Of a stretch of DNA of 64,000 nucleotides, positions 42,962 through 52,398 are shown one piece after another. The translations under genes were made by a program, and so were the position numbers. The DNA is from a virus. How positions within the stretch are numbered: position 1 is the first letter of the stretch; each line of letters begins with the position of its first letter. The stretch spans positions 59,708 through 123,707 of the IMG/VR virus record IMGVR_UViG_3300021420_000018, one strand, 5' to 3'. Under the pieces are notes generated by a model that was not told where the DNA came from, made no database searches, and saw only the letters and a program-made list of their open reading frames with translations.

Positions 42962-45900
42962 AACAGGAATACCCTCGCGGTTAGACCTGCGTCGGAAGCT
43001 ACCAAGTAGAGATTGGTGGCGTCGAATGGCGTCGGACTCTGAAGCCAAATCGCGCCAGCAGAGGTCATGGCGATATCCACGACAATAGGCGTATGCCCGA
43101 GTCCGTGGGCGACAGTGAAGTTCCCTGGATTGGCCGGATTGATGCTCAGCTGAACAAAGGCATTGCTCGTCGGCGCCGGTTGGCCGCCAGGATTGACCGT
43201 GTTATTGGTCGCAGTATGGTTCGCGACAACCGAGCCCATGTAAATGTAGCCCGGCTGCAGGTAGTTCACGCTCGCGAGCGTCGTTCCGATGAAGGATGTC
43301 AGGTTCGTCGCTCCGGGCGTGTCGCCGACATAGCCAGGGTCATAGATCGTCACGTAGTAAATCTGCGTGTTGCCGGCGCCAGGGTCCGCAATCGTGAAGT
43401 TTCTGGCGTTGTAGACGGTCTGGTTCGACGGGAAAGTTGCCGTGGTCTGCGCCATGGCGATATTGGTCGCCGTGGTCTGTGACAGCGGCGACGCTGGACT
43501 GATCGTGTACTGCAAAACGTTCTGCGACGAAGTGCTACCAACTGTTCCAGTGGGCGTATAGGGGTAGTCGGTAACAGCCGTTAAAGATGCCGTGCCGAAA
43601 CGGTTCTGGCTGAACTGAACAAATTTGAAATGCAATGTCTTGCCAATCCAGTTTGGATCCATGTTCAGCTTGAGGATCCCTTGAGACACTTCGCCCAGGC
43701 TGAGAGGACCAAGGAAACAGAAACGCCCGGGGGTGCTGTGGAGCACGCCGTTTGAAACCGCAGGCGCGCCAAAGACAGCTCGTCGCAAATGGTTCGTGCC
43801 GCCGCCAGTGGCCTTGAGCGTGTACTTGCTGGTTGCGGTGAGCGTCGCCACAGCGTAAGTCATCAGCTCGTAAGGGATCGTTGCGTTGCCGCCAGCGACG
43901 TAGCACGGATAAGTGAAAGCGTCTTCGTCGGCCACCTGATAAGAGGCCAACACTCCGATCGATTCAGTGAGATCGAGTGCAAGATCGTTGGTTGTGTCTT
44001 CGTCAGCATGCGCCGGCCAATTGGAAGTCAGCACGCCGGTAATCGCGCTGCCTATGATCGGCGGGCCTATCTGGTTGTAGGAGTTTGCGCCGTCCGTGCT
44101 GACGTAGACAAAACATCCACCATAGTTCGGGTCGCTATCGCTCACCGCAATCCAGAGCTGCGGCATGGTGGGATTCTGCGTGAGCCGCGAAACAGGCTCG
44201 ATGAAGATCGGTGTGTTGACTGCGGCAGGGATAGCCGTGCTCGGCTGGTTCGGCGTCGTCTGCGTGTACTCAACGGTGCCCTGGTTGCCGCCACGCGGAT
44301 CGTGGACGCCATAGATGAACGGCTCAGCCTCGCAATCCAGCTCGAAAGTGTCGCTCTCCTGAACGCTCGTGATGCGCACCGGAACGGTCGGCACATTTGC
44401 TTGTGCTTCCACCGGGAACGGCATCAGCGCGTTTATTGGCAGCGTGATTAAATCCATCGGCTCCAACAGCGACCATTTGGCATTCAGTTTGAACTTATAG
44501 GTATTCCTGATTTGCGTGAGCCTGCGAACAAAAATGCCCAGCAGCATTTGCGAGACTTGCTCGCGAACCACCATGTCTAGCTGGACTGGCGTGTCTTTGC
44601 GGATGCCGTAAATCGCAACCGTGGACTGTTCCGGCTGCGAGCTCGTGACCGCGTCATAGTCGTTTGCGCGATTCGGATGCGTTATGGCTTGTAGCGGCCA
44701 GGAATCTACCTGGGCCTTGCGTTCCACGGTGATGGGCGGCTGCGAAGCGTCGCCAGAAATGAAATCCGCAATGGTTAGATTGGCTATCGGTCCAGGACCT
44801 GTTGGCGCATTGTAGATCGCACCGTTTCCTACGCTGCTTACTTCCGACCAGGGGATGACCTTCAGCTTGAATCCGGACCAGACAAACGCCACATTCGCGG
44901 CCTTGCCGATATCGGTGAGCCAATCCGACGCCTTGCGCTGGCTCGTCATGGCGAGCGAGCCCCACAAACCATTCGCCTGGCACTGCTTGCGCGCGACATC
45001 GAGTGTGCCGCCAACCTGATCGTCAAGGATGTCGCCGAGAGGGAAAAGCGACGGATATGAAGGCGGCGTCGAGTTCTTGAAAGCGAAGATCACCTGGATC
45101 CAAGTGCTGCTGTGCGAGATGTCGTTACTCACCTGGAAGATGTTTGGATACCTGATTAAGCGCCCATCGACCCACAGATAAAGAGCGCTCGTCACATTCC
45201 TGAACCAATGAGACGCTGCCTTTGTATTCAAAGCAGTATCGGCCGAACTGGGAGGGACCAAGATTATGTTGCACAAAAACTCTGGATTTTGCGCCGCATT
45301 CGTAGTGGTTATCGCAGTGGTTGCAGGTCCGGTTCCGGATGCCGTGATGATTTGATCGATCGTGTCCAGGCCGGCGACTTCCAGAATCGCCATGTCGATG
45401 TTCCACGCGGCGAAGTTGATCGGGGCGAAGGTGACTAGGTTGTTCGCTGCCGTGTTCGCGGCCACCTGCGCATAAAAGACTTGTTGGTGAACGGCGCTTG
45501 TCCCTGTTGGAAAAACTTTGGTCCAACTATTGCCGGCCGCGTCGCTGATCTCGAGATCCGCGGCAGTGCCAACGGTGATGATGCCGATAAGCCAGTTACC
45601 CTTGGTGTTCGGCAAATCGAAAGACAGCTTGCCGCCGTTTCCGAAAATCTCCGAGTAAGACTTGGATTGCACGATGCCGGGGAAGTTGTTGCAGCTCAGG
45701 CCGTGCTGAATTTCGCCGAGTCCGGAGGATCCGCCGATCGCAGTCTGCGTGGGCCCAGACTTGAAGATGTCCTCGATCATGTCGATGAAATCGGCATCGC
45801 CAGCAGCCGGAGTGTCCGCGCCGTTGATCATCAGCGGGAAGCCGCCCATCACTTCGTAGTTGAACAGCGGCAAAGTCTGCGACATTCCGACGTCAGCTCC

Positions 45901-46695
45901 CAGGATTCCGACGCCGGCAAAGTAGGGATAAATGATCTGTTGGGTCGGCGAGAAAAGGTATTCGCTTCCATTGCCGAGAGAACTCTCAAACGTGTTGCCC
46001 GGGAAGCTGCCGAGCGGCGATGCGTGTCCTGGCGTGTTGGCCATGTAATAAATATGGATGGTGAACGGAGCAGGCCAACTGAAGTTCGCAGTGCCCGCAA
46101 CGGATAGCCAATCGAGAGTGATCGTTGGACCTTGACCAGGCAGCCACCTGAAGATAAACGGCGAACGGCGCAGCGTGGCCTGCCAAACAGGATCAGGTCC
46201 TTGATGATTCGCGTTCCAGAAAGGGATCTCGTAGTTGCCGCTGTAAGTGGCCGAGCCTAACTGCGAGCCGTAATCATTGAACGTCACACTGTACGGAGCC
46301 ACGATCGAAACGCCGACGATCGCGTAGAAATCGGAATCGACAAAGCTGATGACGTTCGATCCGAACGGCGATAGACCTGTCTGCGTGTTGACCTTGGCAA
46401 CCAAAGCGTACTGCCTGGCGCCATTCATCCAGAAGTTCAGGACCGTGGTGATGGGATTGTGGCCGAGCAGGAAATCGATATCTTCGACGTACGCTTGCCC
46501 GCCCTTGGCCGTGGCTTTCTTTGATTGATTGGGATTCTTGCGGAGATTGTTGGCCCAGATCATCAACGGCGAGACTTTCGTTATGCCGTAGATCACTGGA
46601 ATGGCCGCGCCGTAAACAGCCGCCTGTGGCAGGATGCCGGCAGCCCAAGGCTTGATCTTCGACTTCTTAAATACTTGCACGTTCGACTCCGGCAA
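42958..46695 (-). CDS. Tail tip / host-specificity protein (GTA-like phage tail family)
   Basis: YG..IPVIYG; NTYKFKL..W.LLEPMD.I; YGGC.VYVS.DG; LRR..FG; position after NlpC. Confidence 0.85.
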   Translation of the reverse strand: MPESNVQVFKKSKIKPWAAGILPQAAVYGAAIPVIYGITKVSPLMIWANNLRKNPNQSKKATAKGGQAYVEDIDFLLGHNPITTVLNFWMNGARQYALVAKVNTQTGLSPFGSNVISFVDSDFYAIVGVSIVAPYSVTFNDYGSQLGSATYSGNYEIPFWNANHQGPDPVWQATLRRSPFIFRWLPGQGPTITLDWLSVAGTANFSWPAPFTIHIYYMANTPGHASPLGSFPGNTFESSLGNGSEYLFSPTQQIIYPYFAGVGILGADVGMSQTLPLFNYEVMGGFPLMINGADTPAAGDADFIDMIEDIFKSGPTQTAIGGSSGLGEIQHGLSCNNFPGIVQSKSYSEIFGNGGKLSFDLPNTKGNWLIGIITVGTAADLEISDAAGNSWTKVFPTGTSAVHQQVFYAQVAANTAANNLVTFAPINFAAWNIDMAILEVAGLDTIDQIITASGTGPATTAITTTNAAQNPEFLCNIILVPPSSADTALNTKAASHWFRNVTSALYLWVDGRLIRYPNIFQVSNDISHSSTWIQVIFAFKNSTPPSYPSLFPLGDILDDQVGGTLDVARKQCQANGLWGSLAMTSQRKASDWLTDIGKAANVAFVWSGFKLKVIPWSEVSSVGNGAIYNAPTGPGPIANLTIADFISGDASQPPITVERKAQVDSWPLQAITHPNRANDYDAVTSSQPEQSTVAIYGIRKDTPVQLDMVVREQVSQMLLGIFVRRLTQIRNTYKFKLNAKWSLLEPMDLITLPINALMPFPVEAQANVPTVPVRITSVQESDTFELDCEAEPFIYGVHDPRGGNQGTVEYTQTTPNQPSTAIPAAVNTPIFIEPVSRLTQNPTMPQLWIAVSDSDPNYGGCFVYVSTDGANSYNQIGPPIIGSAITGVLTSNWPAHADEDTTNDLALDLTESIGVLASYQVADEDAFTYPCYVAGGNATIPYELMTYAVATLTATSKYTLKATGGGTNHLRRAVFGAPAVSNGVLHSTPGRFCFLGPLSLGEVSQGILKLNMDPNWIGKTLHFKFVQFSQNRFGTASLTAVTDYPYTPTGTVGSTSSQNVLQYTISPASPLSQTTATNIAMAQTTATFPSNQTVYNARNFTIADPGAGNTQIYYVTIYDPGYVGDTPGATNLTSFIGTTLASVNYLQPGYIYMGSVVANHTATNNTVNPGGQPAPTSNAFVQLSINPANPGNFTVAHGLGHTPIVVDIAMTSAGAIWLQSPTPFDATNLYLVASDAGLTARVFLL

Positions 46696-47179
46696 TCCTA
46701 TCCGACCAGCGCGCTACCACGTCAAAGATCGCTACTTCGTGGCCGGACCAGAGCCAATGAAGGCTCGCATCAGCTTGTTCTACGCCGTAGCCTGCCGCGT
46801 GGATTACTGTTGGCCACTTTACGATGATGCCGCCGTGATTGTAGACCTTGCTCTCTGGACCCCTTATGAGGGCGATATTCCCTGGCGACGCCTCAAGCGT
46901 GCTCCACGAAACTCCCTCAAGAACTTTGTAGCCGTGGCGCAGCACGCGCAGCATGTATTTCTCGGTTGTGGTGTGGCACCACCAGTCACCTGAATAAACC
47001 CCGAGTTCCTCTTCGTTGACTAGCCCGCAGTTTTGGAGGACGCATAAAATGAAGGAAGCGCAATCAACCCCTGCTCCTTTGACCATGGCACCAGCGTGAT
47101 ATGGAGTTCCACGAAACGACAACGCCTCCGCAATGATGCGGTCTCGCAATGCGCTCATCGATTCCATCTGGCTACCCAT
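46667..47179 (-). CDS. NlpC/P60 tail-associated protein
   Basis: IIAEA.SF.GTPYH..A.VKG.GVDC; NHGGI; VIHA. Confidence 0.9.
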   Translation of the reverse strand: MGSQMESMSALRDRIIAEALSFRGTPYHAGAMVKGAGVDCASFILCVLQNCGLVNEEELGVYSGDWWCHTTTEKYMLRVLRHGYKVLEGVSWSTLEASPGNIALIRGPESKVYNHGGIIVKWPTVIHAAGYGVEQADASLHWLWSGHEVAIFDVVARWSDRIAGVERASI

Positions 47180-48099
47180 CAGAGCGCACTAGTCGCAACG
47201 GGTACGAAAGGGAAGCCAAAATACGATCCGTCCTGTAAATGTCGCGGGAAGGCAATGCTTGCCGCAAACCTGTCGTTAGTTCCAGGGATCCACGGCATCG
47301 GCTTGAGCAATAGGAACTGGTTGTAGTTCACGCTCGAAATCGTCACCGATTGATTATCTTGGATCGTGCTGAACATGCCCGCCAAAGTTGATCCGGAGAC
47401 AAACAGGAACAGCACAAAACCGTTTATGAAAACATGGTTCGGGAAAATGGTATTCGCAATCGGCGATGCACACACCGCGTTGATGACGTTCGTGGTGGAC
47501 TGCGGGCCGATAGTGAACTGAGGAACAGCTGTGGTGCCGGCCGGAGGCGTGAATGCCTTGAAGGCCGCAAGCGCATTGGTCACTTCGACGGTCTGCGTCG
47601 GAACGTTTTCGTTGACCACATCGAGAAACGAGTTGACCGTGAACTGGATGTCTCCGCGCCTGAAAGTTGTATCGGCGATTCGGCCGCCAAACAGTTCCAT
47701 CGCGCCCCAAGTATTCGCATCGCCAGCCGTAGGCATGAACGTCTTCCAGACGCGCACGCGCCAGTTATCGTAAAAACCGATGTTCGCGAGCTCGTAGGGT
47801 CCCGCGGTCTGCGTGTTCACCGTCCAGGGCACAAGCTTTGGCGACCAGGTGAGATCGAGCGAGGAAACTTCAAGGCCGATCTTTGTTCCTACTGTTCCTC
47901 TTCTGATGTTTGCGGGAAGGAATGTGCCCCACAGCGGCCAACTGAGTGGCGACTCGTAATCGGTCAGCCACCACGCCATCGGATCTTCTGGCTCGCCGAT
48001 CAGGTAGAGATGGGCCATCCGAAATGTGTGGCCGGCGAGCAGGGCGGCTGCAACCGTTGCAGTGGTATCAACTCCAGCTCCGCTGAGGACCTGCCTCAT
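47179..48099 (-). CDS. DUF2163 / tail hub protein
   Basis: LTDY; GLEV..L; G.YD..V; LF.G.I; FGFPFVP; synteny. Confidence 0.8.
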   Translation of the reverse strand: MRQVLSGAGVDTTATVAAALLAGHTFRMAHLYLIGEPEDPMAWWLTDYESPLSWPLWGTFLPANIRRGTVGTKIGLEVSSLDLTWSPKLVPWTVNTQTAGPYELANIGFYDNWRVRVWKTFMPTAGDANTWGAMELFGGRIADTTFRRGDIQFTVNSFLDVVNENVPTQTVEVTNALAAFKAFTPPAGTTAVPQFTIGPQSTTNVINAVCASPIANTIFPNHVFINGFVLFLFVSGSTLAGMFSTIQDNQSVTISSVNYNQFLLLKPMPWIPGTNDRFAASIAFPRHLQDGSYFGFPFVPVATSAL

Positions 48100-49010
48100 A
48101 CGGTCGGCACACGAGAGCTCATCAGTTCAAGCATTCCCTTTCCGTTCTTTGTGCTCTGTCCTCCTATAGTCCATAAATTATCCATGAATTTTTCGAAGTC
48201 CTGGCTGTCGGTTTCGAAACGCACGCGGAAATAAAAACTGAAAGAAGCCGTGATCGGCCCTGCCGGACCCGGGTTGTAGCCTTGATCTGTCCAGACTAGT
48301 GAGCCGGTGCCGTCCGGAGTAGTGCCGCCGGTATCGTTCCAGGCTGGCTGCGAGGCTCCGGACGTACCGGCTGTCGTGACTTTCTGGATGTGGCCCGCCG
48401 GATCCAGAATCGTGTTATTGAGCAGATAAGCGTGACCGCTCTGCCAAACGCCGTTCGTCGTGGGATTGGTCCACTTGATGTACATGCCCATGAAGGAAAA
48501 CCCAGGTATTGCTAGGCCTGGCCCGAGAAATGTGTAGTTTGTGCCGCCACCTGTTTGCGTGACACCATTCGCCTTCACGACAAGGCCGGATCCGCTCAAC
48601 GGATTAAGATCGGTGACGTCCTCGTAGAACTGCCCGCCCATCCAGCGCTGGATCGGCGTGTAGTACGTCCCCAAACCATCGTTGACTATTTGCATGGTCT
48701 GCGCGGTGACGGTGTTGTCGTCCGGATCGGTGAACAGGAAGTCGTCGAACTGTCCGTTCCGCGCCATGAAGAAACCCATCAGCGTCGCGAGATCCGTGTA
48801 GGGAGAAAACGGCTTGGTATTGTTCGGGCTAATAAAATTGTCATATAAATATTCGTAGATCAGCCGCCAGTGCCAGATCGGATTGCTCGTTTGGATCACG
48901 CGCACTTCGTACCGATTGGCTGAAGGCTGTACAAAAGTAAACTCCTCAATTTCCTTTAAAACGGTAAACGTCAAACCGTGGATCGCAGAGGGGTAGACAC
49001 TGTTGCTCAT
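48096..49010 (-). CDS. DUF2460 distal tail protein
   Basis: W.L.YEYL; L.GFF.AR.G.FD.FLF.DP.D; ITA.F.FYFRVRF..D. Confidence 0.85.
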   Translation of the reverse strand: MSNSVYPSAIHGLTFTVLKEIEEFTFVQPSANRYEVRVIQTSNPIWHWRLIYEYLYDNFISPNNTKPFSPYTDLATLMGFFMARNGQFDDFLFTDPDDNTVTAQTMQIVNDGLGTYYTPIQRWMGGQFYEDVTDLNPLSGSGLVVKANGVTQTGGGTNYTFLGPGLAIPGFSFMGMYIKWTNPTTNGVWQSGHAYLLNNTILDPAGHIQKVTTAGTSGASQPAWNDTGGTTPDGTGSLVWTDQGYNPGPAGPITASFSFYFRVRFETDSQDFEKFMDNLWTIGGQSTKNGKGMLELMSSRVPTV

Positions 49011-51316
49011 AGGCTCGGCAGCTCCCCGCGGCGGATGCCCATCCGCACGGCCCTAATGATGTCGTCATGGGATAGATTATTGTTGCGTGCGTTGATATTC
49101 ACGCCGATGTTCTGGCGCTTCGACGAAGTGTTGGTAACACCACCGCCAGCAATAATGCGCTGGAGTCCGGTTGAAAGTGATTCAGGCAGAACCATTTCTT
49201 TCGCGTGTGCGAAGATGGCCATGTTTTCGGGAACGAGCGCGCCGCGCTGGGCCTGCCCCACAGCTTCCGTCTCAGCGAAAGCGGCGCCAGCGATGCCAGG
49301 AGCCGCCGATATGTTTAGAGGGAATGGCAACGCCGTCATGACAGAGGCGAAAGCGCCAGCCGCTGCGAGACCGGCATCCATCTGAATCAGGGCCTCATCA
49401 GTCGTGAGCTTTATGGCCGCCTTGGTTGCCCCACCGCTTACCAGCGTAGCGATGCTTTTGGCCAGTGAACTTTTCTCCAACAAATCCACGATGATGAAAT
49501 GCTCGGCCCATTTCAGGCCCATCTGCAAGATATCGTTGGCAACCGATGCCAGAATGGTGTTGCCCATTTTTATGAATATGGTGCTGACTTTCGTGGTGCT
49601 GGTGATCAGCTCGTTCGCGACCCGGGCGAAAGCCTGGTTGATTCCGGTGAACGCTTTGGTCCAAAACTCTTCCACCTTCAGCGCTGCCTGCTGTTGGCTT
49701 AGTGCGATCTGATTGTCGATGGACTTGATCTTGTTGGCGCTATCCTGTACGGCCTTAACTTCCTCGTTCAAGAATGCTTGGTATTTGGCGCGTGTCTCTG
49801 GCGTCGCGCCGGCCAAAAACGCAGTCTCGCCTGCACTTCCGGATGCCGCGCCAGTCAAAAGATTCCTTTGTTTTTCCAGGCCTTCGATGATGATGCGCAG
49901 CTTGTCATCTTCCAGCTTCTTGAGACCCTCCAGTTCCTGGATGTCGAGGGCCTGATTGATATTCAGTCTCGCGAGCCCTGTGACATGTGCGATGTCGAGT
50001 TTTACTGCTGCGATAGCTTTGGTCGACGCCAGCGTTTTTTCCTCTTCGGCAATCGAAGCCAGAGCCATTTCCTCATTTGTTTTCCTTGTCTCCTCGGCCG
50101 CCTTGAGTTGAGCTTCAGACCCGGCTATGAAACGTTTGGTGCTTTCAGCGTCCTGTTCTTCTTTGCTCCTTGTTGCGAACTCGTCTTCAAGCTTAATCGC
50201 GGCTTCGATTCCATCGGCCACCGTACGCCAATACTTGGTTGCTGCTTTATCTTGCTCCAGGAACAGGTCTACGGCTTGCCTCGCGCGCTTTTCTCTTTCT
50301 TTCTCAGCGTCAGCCACACCGGTGGCCACGTCCTTCGGAATATCCACTAACTGTATTTCCTGTATTTTTTTGGCCGTTTCATCAATGGCCTTTTGGGCTT
50401 CGGACATTTTCGCCGTGAGTTCGTCCCATGCCTTACTGCCGGCGCGAACACCGCCAACATGCTGGTCCATCGCCACACCGAGGCGTTCATGCGTTTCAGG
50501 ATCGAAAATCTCGATGTCCTTGCTCATTCCGTCACGCTGCGTTTGAAGATCGCGCAAAGTAACCGTTTGCTCCTGGAGCAACTTGGCGTAGTCCTTGGCT
50601 GCGGCTATTTCATCCTTGACGGCAACGGTGCTCTTCTCCGATCCTGTGAGACCTATCTGATTCAGGTTGCGCTGCTCGATTCCAAGCTTGGTGATCCAGA
50701 CCAGTTGTTCTTGGTTGGCTTTCACCGAATCCTCGTAGGCCTTTTGAGCTGCTTTATCCCAGCCTTCGAATGCGTCAACGGCGTCTCCTATTTTGGAGAT
50801 CATGTCGACGAGGAGTTCGATGAAGCCGACTACCAGAAATGCAGGGAAAAGATCGTTAATAATTGGAATCAATCCAGACATTCGGGACGCGAGGCGAGCG
50901 AAAGCATATTCCATGCCGCCGACGCTGTCGGTTGCGGCTCCCAAGATCTCTCGTGCTTTCGCGCCAGCAATCGCAGTCTGTTCGAATCCTACGCCGGCAC
51001 CTACTGCGGCCTTGGCTACCCGTTCCAGTTGAGGAGCGGCAACGCCGGCAGCTGAGCCAACGGCAGCAACGGCTGTCGCAGCTTCTTTACTGCTGTAACC
51101 GAGCGCTTCAAGAGAAGCGGCCGCGGCGGTGGCGCTGCTGCCCTGCTCCAAATAGCGTGCTGCCGTAGCCTGCGATGCGTCGCCAGCAACCCTGGCCGCC
51201 TCGCCAACTTCCTTGAACTTCGTGGCAAGAATACTTACAGCTTCTGAGGCTGATTTGGCGCCGGCTGTGATTGGTCCAACGTCAAACTCTGTCGCGATCT
51301 TCAGTGTGTCTGCCAT
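49007..51316 (-). CDS. Tape measure protein
   Basis: Ala-rich coiled coil, 769 aa; C-terminal G.LVP.....H..EMVLP; follows the chaperones. Confidence 0.85.
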   Translation of the reverse strand: MADTLKIATEFDVGPITAGAKSASEAVSILATKFKEVGEAARVAGDASQATAARYLEQGSSATAAAASLEALGYSSKEAATAVAAVGSAAGVAAPQLERVAKAAVGAGVGFEQTAIAGAKAREILGAATDSVGGMEYAFARLASRMSGLIPIINDLFPAFLVVGFIELLVDMISKIGDAVDAFEGWDKAAQKAYEDSVKANQEQLVWITKLGIEQRNLNQIGLTGSEKSTVAVKDEIAAAKDYAKLLQEQTVTLRDLQTQRDGMSKDIEIFDPETHERLGVAMDQHVGGVRAGSKAWDELTAKMSEAQKAIDETAKKIQEIQLVDIPKDVATGVADAEKEREKRARQAVDLFLEQDKAATKYWRTVADGIEAAIKLEDEFATRSKEEQDAESTKRFIAGSEAQLKAAEETRKTNEEMALASIAEEEKTLASTKAIAAVKLDIAHVTGLARLNINQALDIQELEGLKKLEDDKLRIIIEGLEKQRNLLTGAASGSAGETAFLAGATPETRAKYQAFLNEEVKAVQDSANKIKSIDNQIALSQQQAALKVEEFWTKAFTGINQAFARVANELITSTTKVSTIFIKMGNTILASVANDILQMGLKWAEHFIIVDLLEKSSLAKSIATLVSGGATKAAIKLTTDEALIQMDAGLAAAGAFASVMTALPFPLNISAAPGIAGAAFAETEAVGQAQRGALVPENMAIFAHAKEMVLPESLSTGLQRIIAGGGVTNTSSKRQNIGVNINARNNNLSHDDIIRAVRMGIRRGELPSL

Positions 51317-51324
51317 GCGGTCCT

Positions 51325-51753
51325 TTATTGTGGCGGAGGAATGTTCATGTGCTCGCCGCGCTTAGAGCGCGCCACGGCTTCTTGAATATGGCCTGGCGCA
51401 CAATCCAAGTGCCGTGCGCCAGTGACGGACTGCAGCGCCATGCGAACATCTTCAGCGGATGGTGATGGACGCGCTGGGCGCGCTGAGCTGCCAGTTCCTT
51501 GCAACTGATAAACAAATGTTTCATCGCCCATTTCTTTCGCTCGCTGTTCCCGCCACGGCTGTTTTTTAGACTCGAATCCGACGAAAGCTCGCACGAGTTC
51601 GTGCACGGGCGGATACTCGTTCCAATACTCCACCAAGTTTCCCACAAACATAAAATCCATCGCGCCCACATCTTCTGGCGATAGCCCTAGCGCGGTAGCA
51701 ATGCGGTTGCGGCATCGAATCAGGGCTACGTCGATGTCGCCAACGCTTCCCCC
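51325..51753 (-). CDS. Tail assembly chaperone, -1 frameshift extension (gpT-like)
   Basis: The -1 frame is open from slippery G-GGG-GAA (51753-51747) to the stop at 51325. Confidence 0.75.
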   Translation of the reverse strand, partial: GGSVGDIDVALIRCRNRIATALGLSPEDVGAMDFMFVGNLVEYWNEYPPVHELVRAFVGFESKKQPWREQRAKEMGDETFVYQLQGTGSSARPARPSPSAEDVRMALQSVTGARHLDCAPGHIQEAVARSKRGEHMNIPPPQ

Positions 51754-52058
51754 GGTTGGGCAAGTTTAATGCCGCTCATTCTGAGGATCTCATCGTGCAA
51801 GTAGAAAACGAAAACCATGTCGAGTTCGGCACGCACCCGCTTAACGTCCCACGGAGCATTGCCGTTGGTATTTCCGGCCGCCTTGTTCAAGGAAGCGCAG
51901 ACCGTTTGGAGCACTCGCTCGGTCCAGTCTGCTTCGGTTGGGGGCGGATTTTTCGCTTTCAACTCGCGGTTGGTTTTCAGGTATTCCTCGGCGGCGTCAA
52001 AACTGAACGGGGCTATTTTTACTGTGAATCCGTCCATCGTGATATCACGGATACGCAT
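51726..52058 (-). CDS. Tail assembly chaperone (gpG-like)
   Basis: Between tail tube and tape measure; ends ...QPGEALATST. Confidence 0.8.
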   Translation of the reverse strand: MRIRDITMDGFTVKIAPFSFDAAEEYLKTNRELKAKNPPPTEADWTERVLQTVCASLNKAAGNTNGNAPWDVKRVRAELDMVFVFYLHDEILRMSGIKLAQPGEALATST

Positions 52059-52182
52059 GCTCACCTTCAACTTGTGTTTTGGATTTTTGTGGCTGCGAGC
52101 ATTCCCGCGGGGAGGCCACGGTACTTCTGAACTTCTCTGGCGGATCTCGGGAGCCGCTCAATCTTCCTGCGAGGGCGTCTCC

Positions 52183-52287
52183 GGATTAAAGTGGGTGCCG
52201 AGGAATCAGCTCGGCACCCTAAAGGGAGAATCAAACTTGAGCATTGCACTCAAGATGTCTTGAAGTGACAACACAGAAGAATGATCC
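52183..52287 (-). ncRNA. Candidate trans-acting antisense sRNA against the shared early RBS
   Basis: Own promoter; hairpins at 52236-52254 and 52193-52219 flank single-stranded UUUGAUUCUCCCUUUA (52235-52220); ends approximate. Confidence 0.7.
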
Positions 52288-52294
52288 AGACGCG

Positions 52295-52323
52295 ATGATA
52301 GGGAAATCGATTACCTTTGTCAA
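52295..52323 (-). promoter_or_regulatory. Sigma70 promoter for the candidate sRNA
   Basis: TTGACA-AAGGTAATCGATTTCCC(17)-TATCAT. Confidence 0.75.
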
Positions 52324-52398
52324 CGAAGAGACTTAAAATATAAAGGGCCTGCGCCTAGAACGCAGACCCGAAGAGCACCGCACCTAATAGGAGGCGCG

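Noticed and set aside
52221-52263. Plus-strand reading of the motif as RBS for an 8-codon TTG ORF (LSIALKMS)
   Set aside because: The start is buried in a hairpin, I saw no plus-strand promoter upstream, and a near-consensus minus-strand promoter points across it. Disfavoured but not formally excluded.
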